From the NCBI GenBank assembly GCA_965552055.1, contig CBEVQO010000007.1, positions 41,005 through 105,004 of the forward strand: a DNA stretch of 64,000 nucleotides. The letters are read 5' to 3'. Origin of the DNA: an uncultured bacterium. GTDB taxonomy: Bacteria > Hydrothermota > UBA3073 > NMUJ01 > CBEVQO01. Both the position numbers and the translations under genes were made by a program. The stretch's first letter is position 1. Every line of letters begins with the position of its first letter. This document shows positions 1 through 10,305 of this stretch, piece after piece. Under the pieces are notes generated by a model, which searched no databases, had not been told where the DNA came from, and saw only the letters and a program-made list of their open reading frames with translations.

Positions 1-2
1 TT

Positions 3-299
3 TATTGCGCTATGAGTGTGATAATGCAGGTGCATTTCGATATTGAATTGCTTTTCAAAATAAGAAGATTATATTTCTATCCCCGTCCAAAAGTTACACC
101 ATGTGTAATAAGGATGTTTCCAAAAGATTTAAAATTTGATTACGGTTTTTACGATTTCATGCATAAAGTTTTCAAACACAGGATGAAGCTTTTAAAAAAT
201 GTTATAAGATGTGAAATCAACCGCAGGGTTTATGAACTGGAACCCTATGAATTTGTAAAGCTTTATGAGATAATGAAAAAGAAAAATTTAAAAAAATAA
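3..299 (+). CDS. rsmA: 16S rRNA dimethyladenosine transferase RsmA/KsgA, C-terminal part (5' truncated by window)
   Basis: Frame open from window edge: YCAMSVIMQ...FYPRPKV...F.HRMKLLKN...RVYELEPYEFVKL resembles KsgA C-terminus (YG.LSV..Q, F.P.PKV, R.E.L). Confidence 0.7.
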   Translation, partial: YCAMSVIMQVHFDIELLFKIRRLYFYPRPKVTPCVIRMFPKDLKFDYGFYDFMHKVFKHRMKLLKNVIRCEINRRVYELEPYEFVKLYEIMKKKNLKK

Positions 300-300
300 T

Positions 301-328
301 TTGACAATTTAAATTTTTAGCTTACAAT
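301..328 (+). promoter_or_regulatory. sigma70-type promoter TTGACA-N16-TACAAT
   Basis: Hexamers at 301-306 and 323-328, followed by GGAGG SD and ATG 345. Confidence 0.75.
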
Positions 329-344
329 TAGAAATGGAGGAATT

Positions 345-1454
345 ATGTTTGAAGATAAACTTGAGAAGTATTGGTCGGTATTGGGCTGGGATACGAGTTT
401 GCTTGAAAAACACTTCACCCCCAAGAAGCGTCCCCGTAAGAATTTAAATCTCGTTGAAGTAATCGATAAAATTAAAGATTATTTTATAGCAAATAAAGAA
501 GTGCAAAATAAAGTTCGAGCAGAAATAGAAGAAGATGCATTTGAAAGCTTTGACACATTAACTGAACTCATTTCACTTGACAAAGGTTTATCTATAAGTG
601 TTATAGGATTGTATAAACGCCTTTACGATAGCGAAGAAGAAAATTTAAGAGAAGCAGTAGGATATCTGGGTTCATGGAGGATAAGAAATCTGGTAATAAT
701 AAGGTCACTGCTTAACGGAATAAAAGAAATAACCGAGGGATTGGAGAAAGAAATCATCGAAGAAAAAGAAGATATTGAATTGAAAAAATATGTAAGGATA
801 TTCTCGCTGACATCTTTTTTAATGGCTAATGCATCCAATATTATCGGTAAAGAGTTTATTGAATCTTCTGACATTGATTTTTTCACACTTGGTTTGTTGA
901 ATCGTCCCGATGAATTAATAATTGCATCTATCATTGATAATCACATATCAAGAGCAAGAACCTTTGCCAACCTCATAAGGGAGAAATATCATGTGAACCC
1001 TGTTAACCCAGAGATTCGAATCTTCAGTAAAGATGGTGAAATCCTGGCTATATTACCACGCAAAGAGTTTATCTTTTCTGTCTTAACAAAATGGAAATAT
1101 AGTTTGATTTTCTCGGTTGCTATATCTTCTGATATGAATCTATCGGAAATAAACTCATTTTATTCCTTGTTTAACGATGACGAATGGACTTTTTTAGTAA
1201 AATGTTGTTGCATAATTGATTGGGCACGCCATATTTTGAGAAAAATACTGGCTAAAGATATATTTTCAATTGATGACAAAAAACTATGCATGAGAGAACT
1301 TTTACCCGTCAATGATTTAGATGAGATAATGAAAAAGCTATTTTTATCTCACAGACATCTTCGGGAAATCGAAAAGACGATAGAAAGCCTTCTACCACTA
1401 TGGATAAGAAAGCACAAAGAAATAACTGAAAATTTCTTATCGGAAAAAAGTTGA
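345..1454 (+). CDS. HDOD domain protein (degenerate HD motif)
   Basis: LTELISLDKGLSISVI...LREAVGYLGSWRIRNLV matches HDOD pattern; GLLNRPD replaces GLLHDIG. Confidence 0.6.
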   Translation: MFEDKLEKYWSVLGWDTSLLEKHFTPKKRPRKNLNLVEVIDKIKDYFIANKEVQNKVRAEIEEDAFESFDTLTELISLDKGLSISVIGLYKRLYDSEEENLREAVGYLGSWRIRNLVIIRSLLNGIKEITEGLEKEIIEEKEDIELKKYVRIFSLTSFLMANASNIIGKEFIESSDIDFFTLGLLNRPDELIIASIIDNHISRARTFANLIREKYHVNPVNPEIRIFSKDGEILAILPRKEFIFSVLTKWKYSLIFSVAISSDMNLSEINSFYSLFNDDEWTFLVKCCCIIDWARHILRKILAKDIFSIDDKKLCMRELLPVNDLDEIMKKLFLSHRHLREIEKTIESLLPLWIRKHKEITENFLSEKS

Positions 1455-1477
1455 CAACAGGATAAAAAGAATAAAAT
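1451..1477 (+). promoter_or_regulatory. promoter TTGACA-N15-TAAAAT, leaderless geometry
   Basis: TTGACA 1451-1456, TAAAAT 1472-1477, ATG 1484 six nt later, no SD. Confidence 0.7.
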
Positions 1478-1483
1478 AGTAAG

Positions 1484-2698
1484 ATGATATTTCTTATTGT
1501 TTCAAGGATAATCCTTGGACGGATAGAGGGCATTATAGACCCTCCGACGACTGAATATTTTAACAGAGTTTGTGATTATGCTGAAAAAGTGAGAGCTGAA
1601 TTAATTTTATTTACAATGGATACTCCTGGTGGACTTGATAAATCAATGAGGGAGATAGTAAAACGGGAGCTCGGCAGTAAAATCCCGATATGCATCTATG
1701 TGTATCCTGATGGTGCAAGATGTGCATCAGCCGGTGTATTTATACTTTTAGCGGCTCACTATGCTGCGATGTGCCCGGGCACAAATATGGGTTCAGCACA
1801 TCCAGTAGCGATAGGAGGTAAAGTGCCAAAAGAAATGAAAGAAAAAATAGTAAATGATGCTGCCGCATACATAAAAGCCATCGCTGAAAAAAGAGGAAGA
1901 AATGAAGAGTGGGCAGAAAAAGCCGTTAGAAAAAGTGTAAATGTAACAGCACATAAGGCACTGGAATTAAACTTAATAGATTTCGTGGCAGATTCAGTTC
2001 AAGAATTGATAGAAAAAATTTCTCAAAAGATTGAAATAAGAGACAAAAATATAGAAGAAGTGAAATGGCTTTTCAAGGAGCGTTTTTTACATACAATTAC
2101 AAATCCCAATATTGCGTATCTTTTGCTGGTCCTCGGACTTTATGCTTTGATATTCGAGCTAATGCATCCTGGTGCAATATTTCCCGGTGTATTCGGTGCT
2201 GTATCGCTATTACTGGGGCTATATGGCTTGCATATTTTACCTGTAAATTACGCAGGCATAGGGCTTATAATACTTGGGATTGTTCTGTTCATACTCGAGG
2301 CATTAACACCAACTTTTGGACCGCTTACCATCGGTGGTATAACCTGTCTTATCTTTGGCTCTATGATGTTAATCCGTGTAAATGTGCCTTTTCTAAAAAT
2401 TTCCCGCTCATTGATACTGACGGTGGCAATTTTGCTTGGTGGATTTTTCAGCTTCGCTCTCACGATGGCACTCCGTGCAATGCGTCGTCGCCCGGTAACA
2501 GGGAAAGAAGGACTTATAGGTCTTGTGGGAGAATGCAAACAACCTATAAAACCGGGTAAAGAGGGGGTCGTAATGGTGCAGGGAACTTTATGGCGCGCAA
2601 TTGCAGATGAAAGCATAAAAAGAGGAGAAAGAGTAGAAGTAATAGAAACACTTCCCGGACTTATTTTGAAAGTAAAGAAAACAAAAAGAATAGCTTAA
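1484..2698 (+). CDS. nfeD: NfeD family membrane-bound ClpP-class serine protease
   Basis: MDTPGG, ASAGVFI, GSAHPV motifs, TM region, C-terminal OB fold (GTLWRA); adjacent to slipin. Confidence 0.93.
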   Translation: MIFLIVSRIILGRIEGIIDPPTTEYFNRVCDYAEKVRAELILFTMDTPGGLDKSMREIVKRELGSKIPICIYVYPDGARCASAGVFILLAAHYAAMCPGTNMGSAHPVAIGGKVPKEMKEKIVNDAAAYIKAIAEKRGRNEEWAEKAVRKSVNVTAHKALELNLIDFVADSVQELIEKISQKIEIRDKNIEEVKWLFKERFLHTITNPNIAYLLLVLGLYALIFELMHPGAIFPGVFGAVSLLLGLYGLHILPVNYAGIGLIILGIVLFILEALTPTFGPLTIGGITCLIFGSMMLIRVNVPFLKISRSLILTVAILLGGFFSFALTMALRAMRRRPVTGKEGLIGLVGECKQPIKPGKEGVVMVQGTLWRAIADESIKRGERVEVIETLPGLILKVKKTKRIA

Positions 2699-2709
2699 AA
2701 GGAGGGGAT

Positions 2710-3459
2710 ATGTCAGGTGCAGTTATAACCCTTATAATAATATTTGGGATCATTTTATTGGCAAATGCTATAAGGATTTTCCCGGAATACGAAAGAGGGG
2801 TGCTGTTTCGCCTGGGAAGATTCGTTGGGGTAAGGGGACCCGGCATTGTGCTCATAATACCTATAATCGACAGAATACAGAGAGTGAGTTTAAGGATAGT
2901 GACGATGGATGTACCTCCACAGGAAGTTATCACAAAAGATAATGTTTCAATTTCTGTAAATGCAGTTGTTTACTTCAAAGTGGTTGACCCTGCTAAAGCT
3001 GTCCTCGAGGTACAGGATTATCTTTACGCTACATCACAAATTGCTCAAACTACTTTGCGAAGTGTTCTAGGTGCAGTTGAACTCGATGATGTGCTTGCGA
3101 GAAGAGAGAAATTGAATGAAGAATTAAGAAGGATAATCGATGAAGCAACAGACCCCTGGGGGATAAAAGTTACTGCTGTTGAGATAAAAGCAGTGGACCT
3201 ACCTGAAACGATGAAGCGTGCAATGGCAAGGCAGGCAGAAGCAGAAAGAGAAAAGAGAGCAAAAATCATAAGCTCTGAAGGTGAATATATGGCGGCAAGG
3301 AAATTCTACGAAGCTGCAGAAACCCTATCAAAACAGCCAATAGCTGTGCAATTGAGATTCCTGCATACTTTAACCGAAATAGCTTCGGAAAAGAATTCAA
3401 CAATCATATTCCCCGTACCAATCGAATTATTCAGAGCATTTATAAAAGAAAAGTCATGA
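2710..3459 (+). CDS. slipin/stomatin (SPFH, band 7) protein
   Basis: [51 protein letters not shown]. Confidence 0.95.
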   Translation: MSGAVITLIIIFGIILLANAIRIFPEYERGVLFRLGRFVGVRGPGIVLIIPIIDRIQRVSLRIVTMDVPPQEVITKDNVSISVNAVVYFKVVDPAKAVLEVQDYLYATSQIAQTTLRSVLGAVELDDVLARREKLNEELRRIIDEATDPWGIKVTAVEIKAVDLPETMKRAMARQAEAEREKRAKIISSEGEYMAARKFYEAAETLSKQPIAVQLRFLHTLTEIASEKNSTIIFPVPIELFRAFIKEKS

Positions 3460-3578
3460 AAAAATTGGTGATAATAGTTTTGATTTCTTTGTTTATAGCG
3501 GGTTTACTTTTTAAAGATTTTAAAATGATTTTCATCTATGGCTCTAAAATTTGCCTGTCTTGTCTTGGCTTAGGATAA
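3456..3578 (+). CDS. 40-aa CxxC membrane peptide (CD1871A-like), not in ORF track
   Basis: [44 protein letters not shown] overlap with slipin stop; C-terminal ICLxCxGxG directly before a 4Fe-4S membrane protein. Confidence 0.8.
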   Translation: MKKLVIIVLISLFIAGLLFKDFKMIFIYGSKICLSCLGLG

Positions 3579-4336
3579 AAAGGATTTACTGGCAGTTAAT
3601 TTCCTTAATTTTATTGAATTCGAACTTTTATCGTCCATTTTACAGTCCGCTGAAGTACTTCCCGTGTCCCATCTTAAACTGCCATGCATGCCCCTATGCC
3701 CAAACAACATGCGCAATAGGAGCACTGCAGTTTTTTATCATGATGAAAAGAATCCCATATCTTATCCTTTCTGTGTTTTTATTTTCTTCCTTTTTCTTTG
3801 GCAGATTATTCTGTGGATGGATTTGCCCGCTCGGTCTAATCCAGGATTTATTTTCAAAACTGAGGAAAAAACATTTTCATATTCCGCATTTTCTTCGGTA
3901 CCTCAAATTTTTTGTTCTTTTTATGATTATTATAATCCCACTTTTTTACTACATCACTCCTTTTTGTAAATTCATTTGTCCTATGGGAGTAATTGGAGGG
4001 AGTTTTGCTTTTCTCTTCGATAAGAGTTTATTACAATTACCCTTAAATTTATTTAAATTCAAAGTATTTCTCACTTTAATTTTTCTGTTAAGTTTTATAT
4101 TCTGGCGCCGTCCTTTCTGTGCAGTTTTTTGCCCTGCAGGTGCTTTACTTTCCTTCCTTCATAAATTTTCAATTAAGAAGATAACTTTTGATGAGGATAA
4201 ATGCACAAAGTGTGGTGAATGTGTTACAAAATGTCCTGCTGGTTTAATTCCTTACAAAGATTATAATAGTTTCGATTGCATCAGATGTTATGAATGTGTA
4301 AAGATTTGCAAATTTAATGCCTTTAAAATTTTGTGA
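3551..4336 (+). CDS. 4Fe-4S binding membrane protein (NapH/MauN-like polyferredoxin)
   Basis: LNCHACP, GRLFCGWICPLG, FCKFICPMG, RPFCAVFCPAGA, CTKCGECVTKCP, CIRCYECVKIC. Confidence 0.88.
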   Translation: MPVLSWLRIKRIYWQLISLILLNSNFYRPFYSPLKYFPCPILNCHACPYAQTTCAIGALQFFIMMKRIPYLILSVFLFSSFFFGRLFCGWICPLGLIQDLFSKLRKKHFHIPHFLRYLKFFVLFMIIIIPLFYYITPFCKFICPMGVIGGSFAFLFDKSLLQLPLNLFKFKVFLTLIFLLSFIFWRRPFCAVFCPAGALLSFLHKFSIKKITFDEDKCTKCGECVTKCPAGLIPYKDYNSFDCIRCYECVKICKFNAFKIL

Positions 4337-4380
4337 AAATAATCTTGACAAAATGGAAAATCAATTATTAATAATTGAGG

Positions 4381-4452
4381 ACGCCGCTAGCTCAACGGTA
4401 GAGCACCGGATTCTTAATCCGGGGGTTCTGGGTTCGAATCCCAGGCGGCGTA
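4381..4452 (+). tRNA. tRNA-Lys (anticodon CTT), CCA not encoded
   Basis: Cloverleaf: acceptor ACGCCGC/GCGGCGT, D stem GCTC/GAGC, anticodon stem CCGGA/TCCGG with loop TTCTTAA, T arm CTGGG-TTCGAAT-CCCAG; TTGACA at 4345. Confidence 0.93.
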
Positions 4453-4459
4453 TTTTATT

Positions 4460-5485
4460 ATGATTTCAAAATTGATAACTGCTTTTTTATCTTCATTCCT
4501 CATCGTATTGATACTTACACCCATTTTTAAAAAATTAGCACTAAAATTAAATGTGGTGGATTATCCAAATGAAAGAAAAATACATAAGAAACCTGTTCCC
4601 CTCTTTGGAGGGATACCTGTTTTCATCTCCATTACTTTGTTAACATTTATCTTTGTAAAACCATCCAGAGAATTAATGGGGATTCTCATCGGTAGTGTTA
4701 TTGCATTTATTGATGGTTTGCTTGACGATGTTATGGAGCTTCGTGCATCTTTCCGCATATTTCCGCAAATACTGGCAGCTACTATCTGTATATTTTTCGG
4801 TGTAAGAATGACATTTTTGCCACACAACATATGGGGGACAGCTTTGGAATTCATACTTTCTTATCTCTGGCTAATTGGATTAACCAATGCAATGAATTTC
4901 TTCGATGGTATGGATGGTCTTGCTTCGAGTTTATCCGCTGTTATATGCTTTTTCCTTGCTGTAATCGGTTTTTTAACAAATCAATTTACACTCGTAATAG
5001 TATCAGTGATTGTGATGGGTGCTACTCTTTCTTTTCTTATTTACAATCATCATCCTGCTAAAATTTTCCTTGGAGACGCTGGAAGTGAATTTCTCGGCTT
5101 TTTCATCTCTGCTCTCGCTATGAATGCTGAATGGGCTGAAAAGGGACCTCTTTTTGCACTCGCAATTCCTGTGTTAATTTTCGGAGTAATGATTTTTGAC
5201 ATGATTTACATATCGATAAAAAGGTTCGTTAAAAAAGAAGTAAGAACTATAAGAGAATGGCTCGAATATACAGGTAAAGACCATTTGCATCACAGATTAT
5301 TTAATCTCGGTTTTTCTCAGCCCCAAACGGTATTTTTTATAGTGGCTGTCACCATCTGCCTTGGTGTATCGGGCATCATCTTAAGGCTTACTTTCTCGAA
5401 AACAAATGCCATCTTACTTGTATTACAGGCATGTATAATCTTATCTTGCCTCTCTGTTTTGATGATAAAGAAACAGAATGTATGA
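4460..5485 (+). CDS. undecaprenyl-phosphate GlcNAc-1-phosphate transferase (WecA/TagO, MraY-like family)
   Basis: RKIHKKPVPLFGG, GLLDD, NAMNFFDGMDGLA, IFLGDAGS, DHLHHRL; multi-pass. Confidence 0.9.
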   Translation: MISKLITAFLSSFLIVLILTPIFKKLALKLNVVDYPNERKIHKKPVPLFGGIPVFISITLLTFIFVKPSRELMGILIGSVIAFIDGLLDDVMELRASFRIFPQILAATICIFFGVRMTFLPHNIWGTALEFILSYLWLIGLTNAMNFFDGMDGLASSLSAVICFFLAVIGFLTNQFTLVIVSVIVMGATLSFLIYNHHPAKIFLGDAGSEFLGFFISALAMNAEWAEKGPLFALAIPVLIFGVMIFDMIYISIKRFVKKEVRTIREWLEYTGKDHLHHRLFNLGFSQPQTVFFIVAVTICLGVSGIILRLTFSKTNAILLVLQACIILSCLSVLMIKKQNV

Positions 5486-6269
5486 AAAATACTGGGGATT
5501 TAAAGAAAAGCCATTCGAAAATGTATGTAACCTTAAATATTTCTTCAAAAGTGAGTCACATATCGAAGCAATATCAAGGATGACATATACGGTAAAAGAA
5601 AGAAAAGGAGCAATGGTGTTGACAGGAGATTACGGAACAGGCAAAACACTTACCTTAAGATGGTTTATCGAAAATACAGAAGAAATAAAGTTTTTATTCA
5701 TCGATTATCCCGAAGGAAATCCAGAGAACTTTATGAAACAAATTCTTATTTCTGCAGGCGAAGAGATAGAAGAAAAAGACAGATTCTTACTGTCACAAAA
5801 AATAAAGGAATTAATTTTGAAAAATACAGAAGAGGGCATAAATACGGTCATGATAATAGATGAAGCACAAACTCTGGAAGACCCTCTATTTGAAGTGATA
5901 AAAATTTTGCTAAATCTCAGGGAAACATTTTCTGCTGATTTTTCTGTAATTTTAAGCGGAAGTGAAAAGTTGATTCATAAGATAAAACAAAACGAACAAC
6001 TATTACAAAGGATACCCGTTTATTTCCATTTAACTGCACTATCCTATGAGGAAACAGTGAGATACATAGATTACAGACTGGAAGTAGCAGGTGGCGATAC
6101 CGACATTTTTGATGAGACAGCCAAAAAGAAAATATATGAATTGTCAAAAGGAATACCCCGCAAAATAAACAACCTGTGCGATACCGCATTACTCATTGGC
6201 TTCGGTAAAAAGGAGAAAAAAATAAATGACAAAATAATAGAACTGGCTGAAAGAGAAATTTTGCCTTGA
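5478..6269 (+). CDS. ExeA/GspA-type AAA+ ATPase
   Basis: MYEKYWGFKEKPF start, GDYGTGKT, IIDEAQ, SKGIPRKINNLCD. Confidence 0.88.
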   Translation: MYEKYWGFKEKPFENVCNLKYFFKSESHIEAISRMTYTVKERKGAMVLTGDYGTGKTLTLRWFIENTEEIKFLFIDYPEGNPENFMKQILISAGEEIEEKDRFLLSQKIKELILKNTEEGINTVMIIDEAQTLEDPLFEVIKILLNLRETFSADFSVILSGSEKLIHKIKQNEQLLQRIPVYFHLTALSYEETVRYIDYRLEVAGGDTDIFDETAKKKIYELSKGIPRKINNLCDTALLIGFGKKEKKINDKIIELAEREILP

Positions 6270-6997
6270 ACGAAAAAATAAAAATAAGCGAAATTTTAAA
6301 ACTATCTGAAGAAAAAATAGAAAAAAGAGAAAAATATTCACCCGAAAGGGTAATCCTTAATTTAAAAGAAAATATAGAAAATACGGATTTCGGTGATATA
6401 ATATCGAAAATGAAAGAAGATGACCAGCCATTGTTATTCCATGCATTGAAAAAAAGCAAAGAAGGGAAAGCAGAAAAACTTATCACACAAATTCTCATAG
6501 CAATAGCAACAGGAATTGAAATGGGATTGGAAGAAGAAGCAATTAAACTGCTTGCAAAAAGTATAGTGCATCTCAAAATGGGAATCAATACAGAAGATAA
6601 AGAAATAAACTTCATTATAAACGAAGTAAAAGATAAAAAAACAAACTTTAAAAAAAGCAAAATTTCCCAGATAATAATTTTATCTGAAAAATTCTGTAAT
6701 ATGCTTTCGCATAAAGGAACATCTCTGTTTAATGTAGTAAATACCATTATGGATTTGAGTGCAAAAGAGTTACCTTTTGAAGTTGTAAAGAGTTTTGTAA
6801 AAAGAATAGGAGTGTATCCTTTGACATCAAAAGTCGTTCTTTCAACAGGTCAGGTTGCCGAAGTAATCAGGCAAAACCCTGATTCGCCCCTAAACCCGGT
6901 TGTTGAAATACAACAGGAAGCAGACGGAAGATTGTTGAAAAAGAAATATCAAATTGACCTGAGCGAATCAAATATTGAAATTAAAGAAATTTTATGA
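6266..6997 (+). CDS. degenerate HD-GYP-like protein
   Basis: C-terminal GVYPLTSKVVLSTGQVAEV..QNPDSPLNPVV typical of HD-GYP C-terminal extension; HD/GYP residues absent. Confidence 0.55.
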   Translation: MNEKIKISEILKLSEEKIEKREKYSPERVILNLKENIENTDFGDIISKMKEDDQPLLFHALKKSKEGKAEKLITQILIAIATGIEMGLEEEAIKLLAKSIVHLKMGINTEDKEINFIINEVKDKKTNFKKSKISQIIILSEKFCNMLSHKGTSLFNVVNTIMDLSAKELPFEVVKSFVKRIGVYPLTSKVVLSTGQVAEVIRQNPDSPLNPVVEIQQEADGRLLKKKYQIDLSESNIEIKEIL

Positions 6998-7584
6998 AAG
7001 TCTACAAAATCTGCGATGTAAAGATAGCAATAGATACAAATAAAGAAATAGATTTTTTAAAAGGCTTTGAAGATGTTAGTCCTTTTGACTTAAAAGTTGA
7101 TTTTATTGCGGATAAAGTTTTGCTTGAAAACAGAATAAGAGAAGTTTTATCGAATTATCTTCCCCATCATAATGGTTTTCTTCTGCATTCTGCTGGCTTA
7201 CTGATAGATGATATGGCATTTTTGCTGTGCGGTGGAACAGGTTCCGGAAAAACGCATTTCGTCAGATTATATGAAGAGTTATCCATGGGAGATGAGATAA
7301 TGGGCGTGAGGAAAATCGGTGATAAATTCTGGGCTTACAGCACTCCTTTTGGAGGAGAATTCCCTGCAAAAAACAACATAAAAGCAGAAATAGAAAAAGT
7401 AATCATTTTGCAAAAGAACAAAAGACCAGAAAAACTGAAAAAAGATAAAGCTTTATGGGAAATCTTAAAAAATGTTATAATCTTTAAAAACGATAAAATT
7501 ACATCGCAAAAATTACTTGACATTCTGAAAGAATTTATAGAAGTAGTAGATGTCTATGAAGGAACACCTTTCGTTATCCCCTGA
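6994..7584 (+). CDS. HPr kinase/PEPCK-like P-loop protein (ScmC-like)
   Basis: GFLLHSAG, GGTGSGKT, GDE, YSTPFGGE; followed by PqqD. Confidence 0.7.
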   Translation: MKVYKICDVKIAIDTNKEIDFLKGFEDVSPFDLKVDFIADKVLLENRIREVLSNYLPHHNGFLLHSAGLLIDDMAFLLCGGTGSGKTHFVRLYEELSMGDEIMGVRKIGDKFWAYSTPFGGEFPAKNNIKAEIEKVIILQKNKRPEKLKKDKALWEILKNVIIFKNDKITSQKLLDILKEFIEVVDVYEGTPFVIP

Positions 7585-7849
7585 TACCGTTATAAAGCGC
7601 TCGGAGAATATCGCATGGCAAAAATTTGAAGATAAAGTTTTTATAATCACTCCTGATGATTCAATGTTACACATGCTAAATGAAACAGGAACAAGAATTT
7701 GGGAAATTATTGAGAAACCAAAGAAAATTTCGGAAATAGTAGAAGAGATTTTAAAGGAATATGATGTGACAAAAGAAAAAGCAGAACAATCGGTAAAGAG
7801 ATTTATTTCTGAATTGATAAAGAAAGGAATTTGTGAAATTTCAGCTTGA
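7550..7849 (+). CDS. PqqD family (RiPP recognition element) protein
   Basis: LNETGTRIWEII...ISEIVEEILKEYDV...FISELIKKGI. Confidence 0.85.
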   Translation: MSMKEHLSLSPDTVIKRSENIAWQKFEDKVFIITPDDSMLHMLNETGTRIWEIIEKPKKISEIVEEILKEYDVTKEKAEQSVKRFISELIKKGICEISA

Positions 7850-7883
7850 CTTTTCGTAAAAATTGAATAATTATAAAGAAGTT

Positions 7884-8384
7884 ATGAGGGTATTAACTTT
7901 AAAGGAAGAGTTAGAAATTTATAAAAGGGAAGCCAAAGAAAATTGGGATAAATATTTGCGTGCACTCGCAGAGCTTGATAATTTTAAAAAGACAATGAAA
8001 AAAGAGATGGAAGAGGCAATCGAAAGGGCGAACGAGAAATTTATAAAAAATATTTTACCGGCACTCGATAATTTCGAAGCAGGAATAAAAATGCTTGAAA
8101 AAATGAAATCAAAAGACGATGAATTCCTTAAAGGTGTTAAAATAATATATAAACAACTCCTTGATGCATTGGAAAAAGAGGGTCTCGTGCAATATTCTGC
8201 ACTCGGTCAAAAATTTGACCCAAAACTCCATGAAGCAATATCTGTGAAAGAAACAGATGACTGCGAAGATGATACAATTATAGAAGAGATAGCAAAAGGA
8301 TATCTTTTTAAAGGTAAAGTTATAAGACCTGCAAAAGTCGTCGTAGCAAAACAAAAAGTTAAAGGGGAGGTAAAAAATGGCTAA
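7884..8384 (+). CDS. grpE: nucleotide exchange factor GrpE
   Basis: [25 protein letters not shown]...[12 protein letters not shown] 7884 preferred over TTG 7863. Confidence 0.93.
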   Translation: MRVLTLKEELEIYKREAKENWDKYLRALAELDNFKKTMKKEMEEAIERANEKFIKNILPALDNFEAGIKMLEKMKSKDDEFLKGVKIIYKQLLDALEKEGLVQYSALGQKFDPKLHEAISVKETDDCEDDTIIEEIAKGYLFKGKVIRPAKVVVAKQKVKGEVKNG

Positions 8385-10305
8385 AAAAGAAAAAATTATA
8401 GGAATAGACCTTGGGACCACAAATTCTTGTGTTGCAATAGTTGAAGGTGGTGAGCCAAAAGTTATAGTCAATCCAGAAGGCGGAAGAATTACTCCATCTG
8501 TCGTTACCTTTAAGGATGGTGAAATAATTGTTGGAATACAGGCAAAGAGACAACAAATACTTAACCCCGAAAATACAATTTATTCAATTAAAAGATTTAT
8601 GGGAAGAAGATACGATGAAGTTACAGAAGAAATAAAAAGAGTTCCTTATAAAGTAGTAAGAGGTCCCCATGACGACGCAAGAGTAGAAGTACAGGGCAAA
8701 GTTTATTCTCCGCCCGAAATTTCTGCAATGATTTTGAGATATTTGAAAAAGGCAGCGAGTGAGTATCTTGGGGAAGAAGTCAGGAAAGCGGTAATAACCG
8801 TTCCTGCTTACTTTAACGATGCACAACGCCAGGCAACCAAAGATGCAGGAAGGATAGCAGGACTCGAAGTCGTAAGGATATTCAACGAGCCCACAGCAGC
8901 AGCATTAGCGTATGGACTTGATAAACAGGGGAAAACACAAAAAATCGCAGTTTATGACCTCGGAGGAGGCACCTTTGATATTTCAATTCTCGAAATAGGT
9001 GAAGGTGTATATGAAGTGCTTGCAACAAATGGAGATACACATCTTGGAGGTGACGATTTTGACCAGAGAATAGTCGAATGGATTCTCGAAGAATTCAAAA
9101 AGCAACACGGGATTGATTTGAGGAATGATCGTCAGGCGATGCAAAGAATAAGGGAAGCAGCAGAAAGAGCAAAATGTGAGTTATCAACAAGATTGGAAAC
9201 AACAATCAGTTTGCCTTTCATCTATGCAGATTCTTCGGGTCCAAAGCATATAGAATTGACATTAACGAGAGCAAAACTCGAAAGCATGGTTGAAGATTTG
9301 ATAGAAAGAACAAGGGGACCCTGTGAGCAGGCTCTTAAAGATGCGAAACTGCGTCCAGAAGATATAGATGCCGTTGTGCTTGTGGGTGGTATGACGCGTA
9401 TGCCAAAGGTTCAGGAATTCGTAAAGGAATTCTTCGGTAAAGAGCCCTATAAAGGCATCAACCCTGATGAAGTGGTAGCAATAGGTGCAGCAATTCAGGC
9501 ATCCATCCTTGCTGGCGAAATGAAAGAAGTGGTATTGCTCGATGTAACCCCTCTAACACTTGGAATAGAAGTACTCGGTGGAATAATGGAACCCATAATT
9601 CCGAGAAATACAACTATACCTACAAGGAAATCAAAAATCTTTACCACTGCGGAAGATAATCAAACAGCAGTTACAATTAAAGTTTATCAGGGTGAGCGTA
9701 AAATGGCAGCGGATAATCGCCTTCTTGCACAATTTGACCTCGTTGGTATACCTCCTGCTCCCCGTGGTGTACCCCAAATTGAAGTAACATTTGATATAGA
9801 CGCAGATGGAATTTTGCATGTATCTGCAAAGGATTTAGGAACAGGTAAAGAGCAGAGTATAGTCATCAAATCAAGTAGTGGATTGACCGAAGAGGAAATC
9901 CAGAGAATGGTAGAAGAGGCAAAGAAATACGAGGAAGAAGATAGAAAGAAGAAAGAACTTGCAGAGACAAAGAACAAAGCAGATATGCTGATATACACAG
10001 TTGAAAAAAGTTTAAAAGAGGCAGGTGATAAAATACCTGAAACAGAGAAGAAAGAGATTCAAGCAGCTATTGAAGAATTAAAGAAAGCAATGCAGGGAAA
10101 TAGCAAGGAAGAAATAGAAAGAAAGATGGACGAATTACAGAGAAAGTCCCATAGGATAGCAGAAGTGCTCTACAGAAAAGCAGCAGGAACAGGTGGAACT
10201 GCTACAGGAGGTGGTACACAAACAGAAGGAAAGAAAGAAGAGAAAAAAGAAGAAAAAGTGGATTATGAAATCATAGAGGAAGAAGATAAAGATAAAGGTA
10301 ACTGA
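8377..10305 (+). CDS. dnaK: chaperone DnaK
   Basis: [47 protein letters not shown]. Confidence 0.99.
   Translation: MAKKEKIIGIDLGTTNSCVAIVEGGEPKVIVNPEGGRITPSVVTFKDGEIIVGIQAKRQQILNPENTIYSIKRFMGRRYDEVTEEIKRVPYKVVRGPHDDARVEVQGKVYSPPEISAMILRYLKKAASEYLGEEVRKAVITVPAYFNDAQRQATKDAGRIAGLEVVRIFNEPTAAALAYGLDKQGKTQKIAVYDLGGGTFDISILEIGEGVYEVLATNGDTHLGGDDFDQRIVEWILEEFKKQHGIDLRNDRQAMQRIREAAERAKCELSTRLETTISLPFIYADSSGPKHIELTLTRAKLESMVEDLIERTRGPCEQALKDAKLRPEDIDAVVLVGGMTRMPKVQEFVKEFFGKEPYKGINPDEVVAIGAAIQASILAGEMKEVVLLDVTPLTLGIEVLGGIMEPIIPRNTTIPTRKSKIFTTAEDNQTAVTIKVYQGERKMAADNRLLAQFDLVGIPPAPRGVPQIEVTFDIDADGILHVSAKDLGTGKEQSIVIKSSSGLTEEEIQRMVEEAKKYEEEDRKKKELAETKNKADMLIYTVEKSLKEAGDKIPETEKKEIQAAIEELKKAMQGNSKEEIERKMDELQRKSHRIAEVLYRKAAGTGGTATGGGTQTEGKKEEKKEEKVDYEIIEEEDKDKGN

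Noticed and set aside
4381..4452. tRNA as integration site or suppressor (Pyl/Sec) tRNA
   Set aside because: Anticodon is CTT with a normal short variable loop; no duplicated 3' end or integrase nearby
7846..7883. CIRCE/HrcA operator upstream of grpE-dnaK-dnaJ
   Set aside because: No TTAGCACTC-N9-GAGTGCTAA and no hrcA in the window; the -10 of this promoter is also ambiguous
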